Positions 36,314 to 51,990 are shown, numbered from the stretch's first letter. The stretch is DNA of 64,000 bases from Owenia fusiformis (GCA_903813345.2 CAIIXF020000001.1:1178001-1242000), one strand, 5' to 3'. Made by a program: numbers and translations. Notes: generated from the sequence alone by a model not told the origin.

Positions 36314-37809
36314 CATTTAGAATCATATTTTTTACAAAATTGCACCAGTTTTTGTTTAGAATTGTGAAGAATATTCATGAGGAATTGTCAACTTTTGTAT
36401 TTACTCTTGATGACCTCACTGCACTGACAGTGTCTGTCTGCAATCTATTCTGCATTCTGCAATCATTCTGTTAATTTAACATGTTCACACCCAAGGACCC
36501 TGACAAGGGTACCGCCTGTTGTCTAAATGGCGGCTACAGGTTTGTTATGGATTCTATTTTCATAACAGGAACTGAACAGGAACAGAAAAATCTGTAAAAG
36601 AAGAAGTAGTCCTACAGATGTCGACTCGCTATTTTATACATGTTCCCGGGGCCTATGGATAAGACCCCTTTTCCTGTGGCCTGGCTCATATGGTTAAATA
36701 TCTTCTACTATCGAAATAAAGGCTTTAGTTTTACTGATCAAATTATGACACAGGACAGCGGATACTGAATAAATGACAACGATAAATGTGGGTCAAATGT
36801 GCTATAAAATCGAGATGACAGGGGTATCTATCTTTAAGGACAACTGTAACGTTTCTAGATCATGTTGTCATTTTCCTATGTTCCAATGCAATACATCCAC
36901 CACATTCCATTGTCACATCTTACCATGAATTGTTGTCTCTGTGATTATTTGAAATTCGAATTCCGTTGTCATTGACGATATGGAGGATGGTGTATTGTGG
37001 TGATTCAGTCTATATTTGACTGAAATTGGGATTTCATTTAAAGTCCATTTCACTGTTTAACTGCGTCAGTAAAAGCTAAAAAATAAGAAATCAAAATATC
37101 ATTTTGCAATAATATATAGAAAAATATATTCCTATTGTACATGAATGACATTTGTATATCTTGGATTGCTTCTAGTTTGGCTTATAAAGTGTGTGGCCTC
37201 TTATATTTGGATGCTTCTCTGCCATGTTATTTTCAATAAGCTTAACATGGCTGAAATTCTTCAAATTACAAGACAGCACAGGCTTATTGCACAAAAAACT
37301 AAAAAATCTGAGATATACAAATGTCATTCATGTACAATATGAATATAATTTTCCATATATTATTGCACAATGGTCTCCCATTTTCTTATTTTTGCCGTTC
37401 TACTGACGCAATGAAGCAGTGAAATGGACTCTAATTCAACAATCACAAGAGCTTGATAAAATAAAAGCGACAGTTACGTCCACCATTTATGACAGTGGTA
37501 TCTGACTTTGCCCTTGTCAGGGTGTTCTGTTGTGAAGTTCATGTCGTCACGAAATATTATCAAGGGTTTATGAGAGTGTAACTTGCTTTCTGCAATCCAA
37601 GAAGGAGTATTAGGTGCCACATAATGGTATTTACAATGATTTATTACATATTATAAGAAGTGAAATTTTGGTCCTTTATAGGGTTCTTAAGGCGTCCTCA
37701 CATTCAGTTCATTTTTTTTTTCTTTTCAATATACATTGTAGTTTATTTCAGTTTCTAAGTACAGATACAGTAGTAGTAAATCAATTACAATCTTATCATA
37801 TTCCAGTTG

Positions 37810-38255
37810 TTTCGGCATTCTAGGATGGGGAGAAGGGCCTTTGTTGGGAATGGCACCTTCTGGCTCATGAGTAAAAACTGACACAAATTGGTCATTGAGC
37901 ACCTCTGCCTTGGCTTTACTTGAGCTGAATGTTGTGCCATCACGCTTCAAAGGGGCCACACCTGAGTTGTCACATTTCTTGGACTTAATAAAGCTAAAGA
38001 AGCATTTGTTACAACCGTCACCCACCAAGCCATCCAAATAGGTGTTATATGCTTTTTTGCATTCTCGCTTAGACTTGTTCTTCACTGAACGATAATAGTT
38101 CCAGTCCTGCGAGCGTTTGGATTTCCGGGCACGGTTGTATGCACGCTTCTTCCGATGTGATAGCTGTTTCACAGTTGTTGTTATCCAGGGCTGGTCAAAG
38201 CGTGACGACGTCATCTTAGATGGTACGCTCTTTGCCATAAAGCGGTTACAAGCTT
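37810..38255 (-). mobile_element. Internal fragment of a related CR1/L2-group LINE
   Basis: PWITTTVKQL..KKRAYNRA..FFSFIKSKKCDNSGVAPLK..KAEVLNDQFVSVFT aligns by eye with the EN-RT linker of the 33.3-kb LINE. Confidence 0.85.
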
Positions 38256-38259
38256 CAAA

Positions 38260-38560
38260 ATTCCTTCAAAATTCCGTTTTATTCCATTATTTAATTCTTG
38301 AATGTATGCTTTATATATCACAAATGTTACAATACTAATAAAATAGTTCAAAAATGCAGTCTGGTTATCATTTCCATTATATCCTATTATCAACTTTCTA
38401 CATGTTATCTTTAAACCGCATGTTATCTTTAAACTCACATTCAGTTCATTATTTTTTCTCAAGGAGTCTATCAGATTTCTCACTGAAATTAGATGAAATC
38501 AAAAGTCGATTTACTACAAGATCCTTATTCAAAATCTGAAAAAACTTGCACTTAGAGAAA
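38260..38560 (-). mobile_element. Possible degenerate L1/Tx1-like ORF2 C-terminal fragment
   Basis: LIIGY..FLNYFISIVTFVIYK resembles the post-zinc-knuckle segment of Tx1/L1 ORF2; weak. Confidence 0.35.
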
Positions 38561-41500
38561 AAATCAAATTCACTAATGATATGTTGTAGATCTATATATT
38601 AGAGTGATGCTATTGCTAATGTTGTTTAAACTTGGTGCCAATTTGAAACTTTGGAATGTTTTTTGCGACTCATACTAAAAAAGTTGAGTGACAAATGACC
38701 CTAGCCTTGCCCAAGTGGGTCACTTATCTTGATTTATATCAATTATCATGACCGCCTTGTACCAATGAGAAAGCCACATGCTTTACTGACCCAATGTTTA
38801 TGTTGGTAAATTTGACCAATCAATGACAGCCCTGCAGCGTTAGCTCATTATTATGCACAGTCAAAACAAATACACTTTTTACGAACAAATCTTGCACAAT
38901 TCATTATGAAAATACTAATATTTTACCAGATAAATATCAATCAGAGTTTAGTGGATAGGGGAGCATCAATCGGATTCCCGGTGGTGAGAAGATTTCAACT
39001 AGAAACATTCGCTGAAATGATCAAACTTGATAGCTACGATCTAGGCTGAGATTCCTATCCAATCACTGAATCAGATCGACGACTATTAGGACTAGGTCTT
39101 CGTGAATTTTAAATCAACATTAAATCACATGATTTAATTTATTATGCCTGCTTTCATTCTAATGTCCATTTAATTACAGAATGTAACTCTGAAGAAATAC
39201 TCGATCAGATCATTTGAAATTTTTTATATTGTTATGGTCTTCATTTTTGTGACGGCGATTGGCAATCAGTCGTCGGGTGATCGCGGTTGGCATCTGCTAG
39301 CCTGTCAACCCTCACGCATTAGGCGTGATTGTCACGCATTTGCTGGAAAAATAGAAATCACGCATCAATTTAGCGTGTATGATCAAATATCACGCAAATC
39401 ACGCATTTTGTTGAAATTTGTAAAAATGTTTTTTTTAAAATGCTGACACGGTAAAATACTGAACGGCGAAAAAAGCGAACGCATTCCGGTACAAAATATG
39501 TGTATATATCACGCATTTGTTTCGAAAATATTTACACCTACCCCCCATAATTTTTTTTCAAATTATATTGTTACCATTCAAAAGATGACCATTAAATTGA
39601 CATTATATATGTAACATTTTCAGAACTTTTTGATGACTGGTTTAAGAGAAATGTGAGTTCAAAAAGTTCGCCACATCGATACCCATCTTTTGACTAAGAT
39701 TGAATCATAATATTGTGAGCAACGAGGTGGTGATATTTTTTATGTTAATGCCTTATTACATTAAAGTCAAATGGCAAATTAAAAGATCTGACTACAAGTG
39801 TTTGCATTGAGAGCTGTTAGATTAGTTAAAAATTAGGCAGTAACAGGTACAAATTGTAAGTTGAGAAGATGTTGCTAAACAACGCAGTTCAATCCGGAAA
39901 TAATAAAGAGGATTTCATTGATTTTTATTCTGGATTAGATTTATGGACATAACATTGAAACATGTTAGCTTTAATGGCTTCAGAGGCTTTAATACATTTG
40001 TGCCAGTTCCATGATTTTCAGTGTAGTTATTATCGCACCTCCAGTGACCACCTATCATTATTATGATCTTAGTAGTGTCCTGTGCTTTTTTGTCATTATG
40101 ACTCCCAATAAAACCACTTGTAACGGGTTACCAAGTTCAATACTTTTGGGTGGACATCTTATTTGCCATTTCAAAAGCTTTGGGTAAATCTTTTCTTCAT
40201 CATTTCAGGAAGACTCCATGGCTTTTCTACCAGTTTGATTTCATTCACATCTTATGTGTCCAAGGAGATGTGCAATTTAGTAAAATATTTCTAGAATAAG
40301 GATCTCTTTGAACCAAATATTACATTGAAAGATGGACATTACAAATATTATGGTATTTAAGCTTCATTGGCAGTTCTTAGTCTTCAAAATATGAGTAATA
40401 TTGTTACCAATTTGATAGGTACGCCAGGCAACTGAGGATTGCGTTTGAATATCGGCTATCCTTCTTGGAATGTGGCTAGATAGATTTTAAATCCCTTTAC
40501 ATTTCGATCAACACAAGGCATCATGTTACAATGCATGATTATAATGTTAAATGCAGTGTAAGGATGTGCATACAATTTTTGTGCAGTTTGTGTATATATG
40601 CCATTTTCTGGATTGGTTATTCATATCTGTGTTATGTGGCAGCTTTGTCTAGACATGGCTATCTAAAAATTTATCATTGTTTAGACATTTGATATATTTC
40701 TTTCTAAGGGACTCTGTCACTATGTATGCCCATGGATGAATTACATTCACAGTGAACCCTTCAAATTGTTGAAAATTGTCAAGGATTTTCTCTCCTTTTC
40801 TACCCTAATTTAGCAATATGCAAGATTGACCCAACTTTTGGCAAGAATGAGTTATAGGCATGTTTTACATATGAGTAAAGGACTGATATATTACATATAT
40901 TACATTTATTCCCATAGTTACATTATAATAATGACATTACACATATGGGCAATTAAAAAAGAAATGATACATGATGTCATATAAATAACACTGTATCTGT
41001 TTGCCATTGACTCTAGTACAAAGGCATTTCTACTTGTTTCAAAATCAGATTATGATTAGTAGATTGATTGTTCATGACAGAAGATACAATATAATAGTAC
41101 ATAGCATAATACCTATTGCCTTTGAAATTCTAAATGTTCATTTATTTTTTAAAGTGCATTTGTATACATAAATAGATGATTTATGAGTAATACTCAAAGC
41201 CGTTTCATCAGATCTATTGAATTATTCAGCACAGGCCCTCTTTACAGGTCACTATAACCTGGGCCTATTATTAACATCTAACAGTTCTTTTTACCACAAA
41301 GTGACCACATGTTACTTGTAATTGTTCCAGAAATTAATTGGTAATTACAATAGGTGATTAGGATGTTATCTGACACTTGGTAAGTTGCTTATTCATTACT
41401 GAAGGTGCTAAGGTCAACTTGGTTATTTTACTTTAATTAAGAGGAACTTGCTAATTGGTTCTTTGTTCATGATGTCCAATTTATAAATTAAGTTTTTGTA

Positions 41501-41858
41501 AAAATTGAGCTTCTATGAATATGTGATAGGCCTTTCTGAATACCCAAAATCTACCCATTTTACATATGTAACATGGAGCTTATTTTGATAGATGTCTGGC
41601 TGGTATTAGCCAGGTCCACTGTGGGGAAACCAGTGCCTGACATGACCTCAGAGATCAACCAGTGGTTCTTATGGTGGTTACCCAGTGTAGAGGTATCAAT
41701 GTCTTCTCACTGATTTCACATCATTCTTTGTTGTCTGTAGGGCAGTCAGTCAGTTAGAGCCACTTGCTGTATTATTTAAGTTTCTCTTTCTTGAAGGCAG
41801 ATGATTCTGAGATGCTACTGAGGAAAGAACAAGAGTCTAAAAAGCAGGTTATTTTCAC

Positions 41859-41910
41859 ATGTTGTTAGGGCCTGGATATGAGATGAGCTATAAAAACCAT
41901 TGCAAAGCTG
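41859..41910 (+). other. Candidate small coding exon (MLLGPGYEMSYKNHCKA) of an unidentified gene
   Basis: Upstream acceptor-like sites (tctgtag ending 41740; ttcttgaag ending 41796) and donor CTG|GTAAGT; ends in phase 1; no recognisable domain. Confidence 0.25.
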
Positions 41911-44900
41911 GTAAGTTGGTTCACATTTTATTGTCTAGCAATTCAATATGTCCACATTTACATTAATGAAATCAAATGTTGATTCAGCTGTCCTCCAGGG
42001 GATTCTGTTGTCATGGTTACCAATTAAACCGTATGTAAAAGAAGTTATAATTGAATAACATATATGATGACCAAAATGGTAGATAGTTTATAAGAATATA
42101 TGTTTTTTTATATAATGATTAATCAGATCAGCTGTTAGCTAAGACTAGTGTTAATGGATTAATCCAATATCAGTATCCCATAATTTCTCACTCCTGGCCT
42201 ATTTGTTTCCTGGCCCAGTCAGAGAAATAATGGGGTAATTGGGGGGGGGGCGCAGGGGTTTAATGCACATTGACCTTTATATTGTGTCCATGATTCAAAA
42301 GTTCATATTTGTTGTAGGAGAATGACATGAAGAATAGAATCAGCTGAGTATAATAAATTATCAGCAGTATTTCCTTCTGTAAGCTTACATTATAATGACA
42401 GGCTGATATTGAGAGAATAGGATATCTGTTAGTGTATGACTGTACAGTGTCTATATGACATTCACTGAAACAAAATTTCCAAAAAAAAGACTTTTTTGGC
42501 TTGTTTGTTCAAAGGCAACTCATGGCTACAACCCTTGGACCATATAGACAGGTAGTTCGCAATTTGGAATTAAAGTGTTTTACTGCCATGTTCTCTGTGA
42601 GGCTGTTCTATATTATTTATAAGTACACTGTAGTTATAAAGTGTGGGAACCAATTCTTGTGCTACTGACAGGTAGTTACAATAAAATTATAAGTTATGGC
42701 AACTTGCATAATTCTCCAACACATCTCAATTGCTAATATTAAGGTGAAACTGGGATATGATAAGTACAGTAAAACTTGTCTAAACCGATCCCTACTAGAG
42801 CCAGCCAAAAGTGTTCAGATTAGCAGGATGGTGTTCACATTTTGATGTTTCTTAATATGGTGATAAATGGGACTGAAAAAACATTCACATTAAGGTAGTG
42901 CTCATATTAAAAAAGGTGTCTGGATATACAGGTCAAACTGGGCTATCAATTGATTGTGACCATCTCTCTCAGTCAAATTGACTGTGAATTAAGCTCATGA
43001 GAAAGGCATGAAATCAAGTGAATTTAACATGAAAAGGTATGAAAAGAAATTAATTTAAATTGTGGATGAAGGAGAGGTTCTCTCATTGTCAAAATGATTA
43101 TTATTTATAAGACACTGTATTACCATCGATTCATCAAACAGACCTGTACATGTACATGTATATAATTATCAGAAAATCTGTAATTTGACCAAAAGTGCAT
43201 TGTGAATACTTATACAAACCTTCTAATTTGGAGCTATAGTTAAAAAAGAGAAATCTGTAAGTGTAGAGCCATAATAATCCCTGACCATGTCTACATATTG
43301 GTGGCATAGTCTGCAGATGGTCAAGTCATGGAGAAACAGGTGGAAAACAATAAGGGTGTATGGGTAATAATTATAATTTACAATTTCATTACTAATTTGA
43401 GCTTGCCCTAATGTTATTCAGTTTATAGTTTTAAATAAAAGAGAAATAGTGTGATTATTACATGAAAGGAAATCAACTGATATTGTTGATAGAAAAGTAA
43501 GTACACTGTAATTAATTACAGGTTTTGACTCGCTCATAAAATATTAATTTTTCACCGCTAAACATTCTTGAAATAATATTACATGCTTGCATGTCATAAA
43601 GTAACTTATAATGTTCAATGGTGAAGAAATATTTTCTCCGTCTATTCTAATTACGTAATTTATAAAGGTTATGATGCCAATATGTAGGAAATCTACTGAT
43701 TTAGCCATTGGCCAAAAAAGCCAGAAAACTGTGAGAACTATGAATTTCATAGATTGATTATTTGGAAACGATAATGTCCAGTCTTAGAGTATAGAATTTG
43801 CTCAATTCCTAATCATAGCAGAATAGATTTAGTAAAATATATATTATGTTCAAGCTCCAGACAGACTGTAGTCAAATGTCTTACTTCTTGCCTGATTTCA
43901 TTTTACTGCAAGGATTATTCATTCAGAATTCTATTCTGGGAATTCAGCATTTTGGGAAAACATAATAGAAAAATGTCAAGGTATCCTAGAGACTTGTTTG
44001 ATCAGGAAATTGATTATTTTAGTCTCTCTAAGCTTGGGATGAATAATAGCCTAAATTTGGTGATGATATTGTGAATACATTTTCTCTGTTGAACGCTTCT
44101 ACAGGTCAATGGCTTTAAATGGATTTTATCTATTTTATTCTTCCCTAATATGACGACTTATTTTAGCAGTTTCTTTTTTGAAATCAGCTTTCCTTCCAAG
44201 ATATATGTAAAGAAAATAGAGATTGATAAAAAATTGACTAGTTTGAGCAGTTATAGACAGGTTCCAATTCTAATAATTCAAGTTTTTGAGGCATTTTTTA
44301 GAAAAAGCAACAGACCTATTTTTACTCGATCAGTTTTTCATGCTGATAAAGATATTAAAAGATGACAGCTCAACGGGGTGGTCACGACACTGAATTTTGG
44401 CATTTTTACCCCCCTAGGAAAATATTCTAGGGGGTACTATGAAACTAGTTCATAACTCAAAGGATATATGAGCTATTGTTCTGAGTTGTACACCATAGAT
44501 TGCTAGTACAAATATGAATACTATCCTAAAGTTATAGGTTGATACCCTTATTGGTCTCAGAAAAAATACAATAAACAGGAAAAAGATATGCAATTTTTGT
44601 CTTGCCAATTTTATATTTGTAGCTTCAAGCAAAATATGACAGCTTTAACAGCTCATAGTAGTATTCTAAAAACATTTCCAAGCTATGTGCATTATTGTAA
44701 CACATCTATTTTAGTTATGAAGTACTATTTTGTAATTTTAATATGACTTTATAGTGCCCTACCCCTGGAAAATTGAAGAAAGTGGATGTGGTGAATTTTA
44801 TCATTTTGCAGCATTAAGTTAGAAACATGTATTGATAGACACCAAATCAATAAATTCATACCATCATCAAATGTTAGGTGACATTCTAATTCATTTATTA

Positions 44901-45125
44901 CGAGAATATAGGACTTAAGATATTTTATATGTAAGTTTTCAATTTAGTACATGTATCATAATGAAATCTAGTGTAATGACATACTAGAGAGGACATTGAC
45001 ATAAAGTCTAAACATTATAATCATCAATTGATCTCATTTGAGCAACTAGACTATGGTGGTCATCATGCACAAGTAATGTACTACAGTACCCCATGTACTA
45101 GGGCACGAGTCATTTGAGCCATATA

Positions 45126-45330
45126 CTGTATAAGTGGTATTTAATCCGAGTGGTTAATTTTCCGAATGGTCAAATTTCATCATTTTCCTAATTTTAATTT
45201 TCCTAATGACAAGAAACCTCCAATTGGATAACATTATAAAGACAATATTTCCGACATTTAATTTTCCGAACATGGCAAAAATTAGGAAATAGGCAAATTA
45301 AATGATTAGGCAAAATTACCACTTATACAG
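45126..45330. mobile_element. TA-flanked MITE
   Basis: TA|CTGTATAAGTGGTA ... TACCACTTATACAG|TA. Confidence 0.8.
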
Positions 45331-46771
45331 TATACCTCCTGGTATATACCTTTACAACCCATTCAGAAGGGTCATTTACAATGTGCAAAACATGGCAAAA
45401 GTTCCGTGAAACTGTTAGTTCTCATCATCTGGCCATATAGCAGAGTCCTCATTAAGCCATGATGCATCACAGCCAGATGTTAGAAAAGTAGCTAAGAATC
45501 TTTTTTATAAACCAAAGATGACTTTTCCAGCGATGGTGCCTCACACTTGTATAACTTAGTGTAACTTATTTATTATTATTTGGGAGAATTTGAACATTTC
45601 CCCCTTTTTACACTTTGAATTTTAAACAACATTACCAATTAATAATATATTATGGATCTTTTGGGAGATATTATATTTGAGATTGTAAGAAATACATTGG
45701 TAGGTCAACTGTACATGTTGCTTTCAATTTTGTTTATTCTACATAGATCTGATTCTGCATTTAAATACCAAGACTTCAGTTTACTTCAACTGTCATGACT
45801 AAAGCATTTGATAGTATTTACATAATAATGTTATAAAGGAGCATGTAGGTTATCGCAAACAACTTCAGACAATGGTCCTTTTTCCATATAGCTTTGAAAT
45901 CACGTTAAGGTCTTGTTTTTAATGAGATTAAAAACTAACGTTTTCTTCCATCTGATGGCATGTTTGAATTCTGTGAGTAATTCTCTATAAAAGCAACTTT
46001 GATTTGCACTGTTATTTACCATTATTCAAATTCTAATGATTTTCTGGTTGTCTAAAAAAGGTCGGGCTAAATCCCCATTGACACAATGCTGAAAAACCTT
46101 TAAAAGTTCATTAACTCTTACGAGGATCACAATTTTAATGTGAAATCACAATCCACATGTCAATAAGATCATATAGTTACATTCCAATGATGTTTTAAGT
46201 TGATCCAAATGGAATTACTTCTTAAATCAAGAAATTAAGTGACTCTGGCAATACATTTACATGTATTCTAGCCCTACCCAAGCTCTACCAATACCCATGA
46301 TGCCATCTATTTTTCATTTATATGGAAAAATCTCAATTCTAACTTGAATTATGAATATTTTCTGACCATGAACTTGGATATATCTTTTAGATCTATTCAT
46401 TATCTTCAAGAAAAGTAAATATAATCATGATTAATCAGACCTAAGTGATATTAAAGGGAATGGCCCAATCAACATACTTTTTACTAAAAATGATGACCTA
46501 GTTTTTACCAAAGATGCAACCTTTAATTATATTGTTGAATGCATAATTAGAATATGCTTTGAGACATGTTCTATTTCGTAAGAGGAAAAGTGGATTGCTC
46601 CAGGGACTTTAAAGACACTGCATTTAGATGACCAAAATGAACTGAAACCAATGGTTCAAGAGCTATTTGATACATTAAAATAAAGGATAGTAATGCATTA
46701 AACATTGTTAAAATGATTGCATTTTTGGTGTGATTGAGGTCAACAACATTAGGTGTTATAAGTCCCAGACC

Positions 46772-48064
46772 AGCATATTTGTTTAACAAAATAATTTTGT
46801 TTCTAATTTTGTTTATTAACTTAATTATTCATAATAGAAATTAATTTATTAAATAAAGGAACAAAAGTATATAAAGTTGTGATTTTGATGAATATCAGAA
46901 TCACTAATCATAATAATTTGGTTATCTAATTAACATTTATTAATAAAGATATTTAATGTAAAAAATACTTTTTGAACATGGTCTTTCATTGTATTTCACT
47001 GCATTGCAAGAAAGACCATTGCATTTCATTGCATATCATGATCAATCATTGTTTTTCATTGCATTTCATGGTGATAGTTATGAGTATGGCAATGAAATAC
47101 CATGGTATGACCATAGTATTTGGTGGTCAGGTTTGACAATAAAATGCCATGAAATACCACCAACCATGAAATGCAATTATAAAACCATGATAAATGAGAG
47201 TTATGATTTTGGCAATGAAATGACATGGTATGACCATGGTAATTGATTGTCACACCAAACAATGAAATGCCATGAAATGTCATCAACCATGATATACCAT
47301 GGTAATACCATGGTAAATGATGGCCAGGTACATAACAATAAAATATCATGGTATGACCATGGCATTTGATTGTCACATCGTACAATGAAATACCATCAAC
47401 CATTATATACAATGGTAATACCATGGTAAATGATGGTCAGGAACAAGGCAATGAAATACCATGGTATAACCATGGTATTTGATTCTCAAATCTTATAATG
47501 AAATGCCATCAACCATAATATACCATGGTAAATTATGGTCAGGAACATGGCATTGAAATACCATGGTATTTGATTGTCACATCTTACAATGAAATGCAAT
47601 CAGTCATGATATACCATGGTAATACCATGGTAAATAATGGTCAGGAACATGGCATTGAAATACCATGGTATTTGATTGTCACATCTTACAATGAAATGCA
47701 ATCAGTCATGATATACCATGGTAATACCATGGTAAATTATGGTCAGGAACATGGCATTGAAATACCATGGTATTTGATTGTCACATCTTACAATGAAATG
47801 CAATCAGTCATGATATACCATGGTAATACCATGGTAAATAATGGTCAGGAACATGGCAATGAAATACCATGATAATAACATGGTATTTGATGGTTAACTT
47901 TGAACATGAAATACCATGAAACATGGTATAACATGATATACCATGGTAAAAAATTGACCAAAAAACATCATTGCCACCATGGTCAGAGTTGATGGTAATT
48001 TCATTGCCGATCATGATAGACCATGGTAAACCATGGTATACCATGGTTTACGTTTAAACATGGC
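46772..48064 (+). mobile_element. CCATGG-rich repeat element, 5'-truncated copy, including three 102-bp tandem units (about 47525-47870)
   Basis: Closely similar to 56878-58156; ends TTTAAACATGGC. Confidence 0.8.
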
Positions 48065-51000
48065 AAGGATGCCACTTAACAGTTCTGGTATTTTTGAGGT
48101 CCCAACCCTCTATTAATGGGAATAGTTAACCATTGTAAAGCTACTCATGGTTAACTGACAGAATTGATTGTATCTTCAACTAAGAAGTCAATAAAATGTT
48201 AAAACCAGAAGAAAACCACACCAACTTTCTTCTATTTACCAGGGGTAGGGCACTATAAAGTCATATTAAAATTACAAAATAGTACTTCATCACTATAATA
48301 GATGTATTACAATATCACACATAGCTTGGGAATGTTGTTAGAATACTACTTTGAGCTGTTAAAGTTATCATATTTTGCTTGAAGCTACAAATATAAAATA
48401 AGCAAGAAAAAAATGACAAAAATTGCATATTTTTTTCTAATTAATTGTATTTTTCCGAAACCAACAAAGATATCAACCTATAACTTTAGGATAGTATTTA
48501 TCTCTGTACTAACAATGTATGCCGTAGAACTCAGAACAATAGTTTACATATCCTTTGAGTTATGAACTAATATTATAGTACCCCCTAAGATAATTTCCTA
48601 GGGGGGTAAAAACGCTAAAATTCAGTGTCGTGACCACCCCGTTGAGCTGTCATCTTTTAATATCTTTATCAGCATGAAAAACTGATCCAGAAAAAATAGG
48701 TCTGTTGCTTTTTCTAAAAAATACCTCAAAAACTCTTTCCCTTGAGATATTCTGAAATTGGAACCTGTCTATTATTATAACCCCTAAGGGCTACTTTCAG
48801 CAATTTTCAACGCTTTTTTAGCCAGTGATATTTATATACATCCATCAATAGAATACCTTAAATTTAAATACAAATTAAAAGACAAAACTAACTAATTTGT
48901 AGAACTATTAAATCTAGCAGTTAACATGTATTAAGCAAAAACCAATTTAGACATCACAAAAATCATTTTTTATATGATCTTGCCACTTTAAATGATGTAA
49001 TTCATCCTGAAATAATCCTATTACCACATGCCAGTGTTATCTTAAGCTTATCCTCCACTGATAAAGTTTGTATTTTGTGGCTATCATTTACAAAAACTCA
49101 GGGACTAAACTAGGCAAAATAAATGACCATTTATACCATCCCAAATAAAGCTCTGATTAGAGGCTAATTCTGGATAGACTAAAAGTGGATGTGATTAGAA
49201 TGGAAATGGAATGGCTGGTTTAGGATGCCTGGTCATGTCTGTTCTTTAGGGAGATTTAAGAGATTCCATAGTCTTTTACAATATTGTAAAAAATGCAAAA
49301 AATGTTCTCGTGTATTTGTTGTATTTTAGCATCACTCAGCATATTTAAGCTAATTTAAATGTAGAGTCACGCAAAGTGGTATTATATTAGATTAAGATAA
49401 CGCCAGGATACGAGGTAATGCCATTGATTCGATATAGTCAAACAAACTATGGTCAATACAAAGTATATTACAATATATTAAATATTATCCCTAATAAGCC
49501 ATACCTTTGTATGTATATTAGACATTTGTACTTCTATATATTAATGTTTATTTAATCTACCAATCATTGATGTTTATATACATATATAATTAGAAATACA
49601 GATGGTTTTAATAATACAAATGCAGGTAATGAAACATTTGTATCTGTATTAACACCATCATCACTTAATGATTATATGTTTATTATAAAAAATACCTGTT
49701 TTAGGCCTATTTAAATACATACTTGACACAGATTTACTAAGCTGAACACTGTAGCTTACTTTAGCATGCGTTGAGATTTAAAGGGCTTTCTAAAGTGAGG
49801 CTCTATGTTTACAAATAGAAATCACCTGATCCTGGGATTTCTAGTTTATTGAATAGTTGACCTTTTCAGAGTTAAGGTTGTGTTTGCCTTATCTTTTGTA
49901 CTAAAGAATCAAGGTGTGTAAAGTAGTAGAGTAAGAATTTTGGTAACATGTTTGATCTTTAATGAAAATAGAAACTTTTCTTATATGATCAGTTATCAAA
50001 TGTCTATGGTTCTAAGTATATCAACCAGTTAACCTGATTTAGGACACAGAATTTGTCCAGAGTGAGTTGGAAACTACTGTAAATTTTATGAGATCACATG
50101 GGACAAACTGACTGTGGGAATATTAAAGCTGTAATATATCACCAAGGAGATAAATGAAATCTAAAAGATAACCATATCGACTAAGTCAAGTTTCTAAGCA
50201 ATTGGTAAGTAAAATACTATTTAGTTAGAGAATTATTGAACGATAGAACCTGATAAGTCCAGTATTGAGGACATAATGTGCACGAGATGACCATATCATA
50301 GAAAACTTTGTTGATCTGAAATTAATAAATATTTTTCTTGTTATCTGAGTGACATCACATCTATATAAACAAATGACAATAGACTATAGTATTTGACTTC
50401 ATTTTTGAGAGTTAAACCATGAATGAAGGAATATTATATACATCCTAATATAATTTCAAAGAGAATATTTAGATGACATGCAATTCTCTTTCATTCAATG
50501 AGGTGAAAGTTTATATGGCCTTAGTTTACATAGTTCTATTGATCAGGCTAATGGTAAGTTCCTGCAAGTTCAGCATTTCATATAAGCTAAGTAATACAAG
50601 GGAACAGAATATTTGGATACCCTTACATCAATTAGGACATCAGTTAGAATATAAGCATACAACAGAAAAAGTTGAATATCAGTGAAACAAATATTCTCTT
50701 ACAAAATTACATAAATACTGTTGCTCAAATACATCGGGTGATTGAAATTTTAAGAAATGATTCGATGTAGGAATCCATAGTGTTATTTTAGTTTCCTTAT
50801 TTTGATGTAAGGAATTAGCTGTGCAGTTCCACTATTTCATCAATCAATTATTACTGGTACAAGGCGCTCATTGGGAATAGCATTAAACTTTAATTCACTT
50901 GTGGTCATAAGAATTCAATATGGAATCACTGATAAATGAAATTGATGGAGAATAAATTTATGAAAATATCTACAGTTTTCAGTAAGGCATTGGGTGCATT

Positions 51001-51780
51001 GCGCTATATTGGATGTATCAAAAATCAAAAGATGGTTGATTCATGTAAGTATTTGAACGAGTCGATTGTTGATTTATATAAGAGATTTAAGTTGATTTAT
51101 TTTAGGGTGGTGGTCTCTATGTTAATAGAAAATTCCTTCTTTGTATATTGTTTGAAAACCATGACTTTAAATGAATCACCTTTAAATAAAACAGACATCT
51201 GTGAAAGGAGTACATTAAGCAATTTAAGTGAGTAAACAATATTAAAAGAAAGTGACGCTGTATTATATTGGGATCAAAACACTCATAAATCAAACATAGA
51301 GGAAAAATGTATACCATATGTATGTATTTTTACATTGTTTCATAAAACAGTTAAAGTACCAAAATACTGTAAGTGAAGGAGTGAAGGCCTGGATTCATGA
51401 CTGTTGATTAAGACAATGGAATAGCATGGTCAAACTACATGTACATGTATAATAATTTACAGTCCATTTTGCTTTTTCTATTATCCATCATAAACTTTAT
51501 TTTTAGGTATTGATGATATTCAATGTGATTATTAAACTGTTAAAGTGATATAATTGATTTGCAGTTAATTTTGACCTCAAAACATATATAATCATAACTA
51601 ATCTACTTGATATTATTCAGTATATGTTTGACATTTGTAAATTGGAATTTTCAATACTGGTATTGGCATTGTACATAGAAATATGTCTTACATTATTGTG
51701 ATGAATTGTTCTATTGTGTTTTATGGCTGTTTTTATCAGCGGAGCTCAGCTGTGCTATCTGGGTCAGGAGAGAAGTAAAT

Positions 51781-51990
51781 AACACTTTGTTCAGAGGGGA
51801 TAGCACTTTGTTCAGAGGGGATAGCACTTTGTTCAGAGGGGATGGTACTTTGTTCAGAGGGGATAGCACTTTGTTCAGAGGGGATGGTACTTTGTTCAGA
51901 TGGGATAGCACTTTGTTCAGAGGGGATGGTACTTTGTTCAGAGAGGATGGCACTTTGTTCAGAGGGGATAACACTTTGTTCAGAGGGAAT
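51781..51990. repeat. 21-bp minisatellite, about 10 copies
   Basis: (AGCACTTTGTTCAGAGGGGAT)n; it explains the repetitive ORFs at 51706-52099. Confidence 0.95.

Larger units (their letters stand above)
44255..48770. repeat. Pair of ~510-bp inverted repeats (44255-44768 and 48239-48770)
   Basis: ATAGACAGGTTCC..GTGCCCTACCCCTGG versus CCAGGGGTAGGGCAC..GGAACCTGTCTAT; a diverged relative lies near 7075-7215. Confidence 0.85.

Noticed and set aside
46989-48044. His/Trp/Met-rich ORFs here and at 56056-58089
   Set aside because: Translations of CCATGG-rich repeats on both strands.
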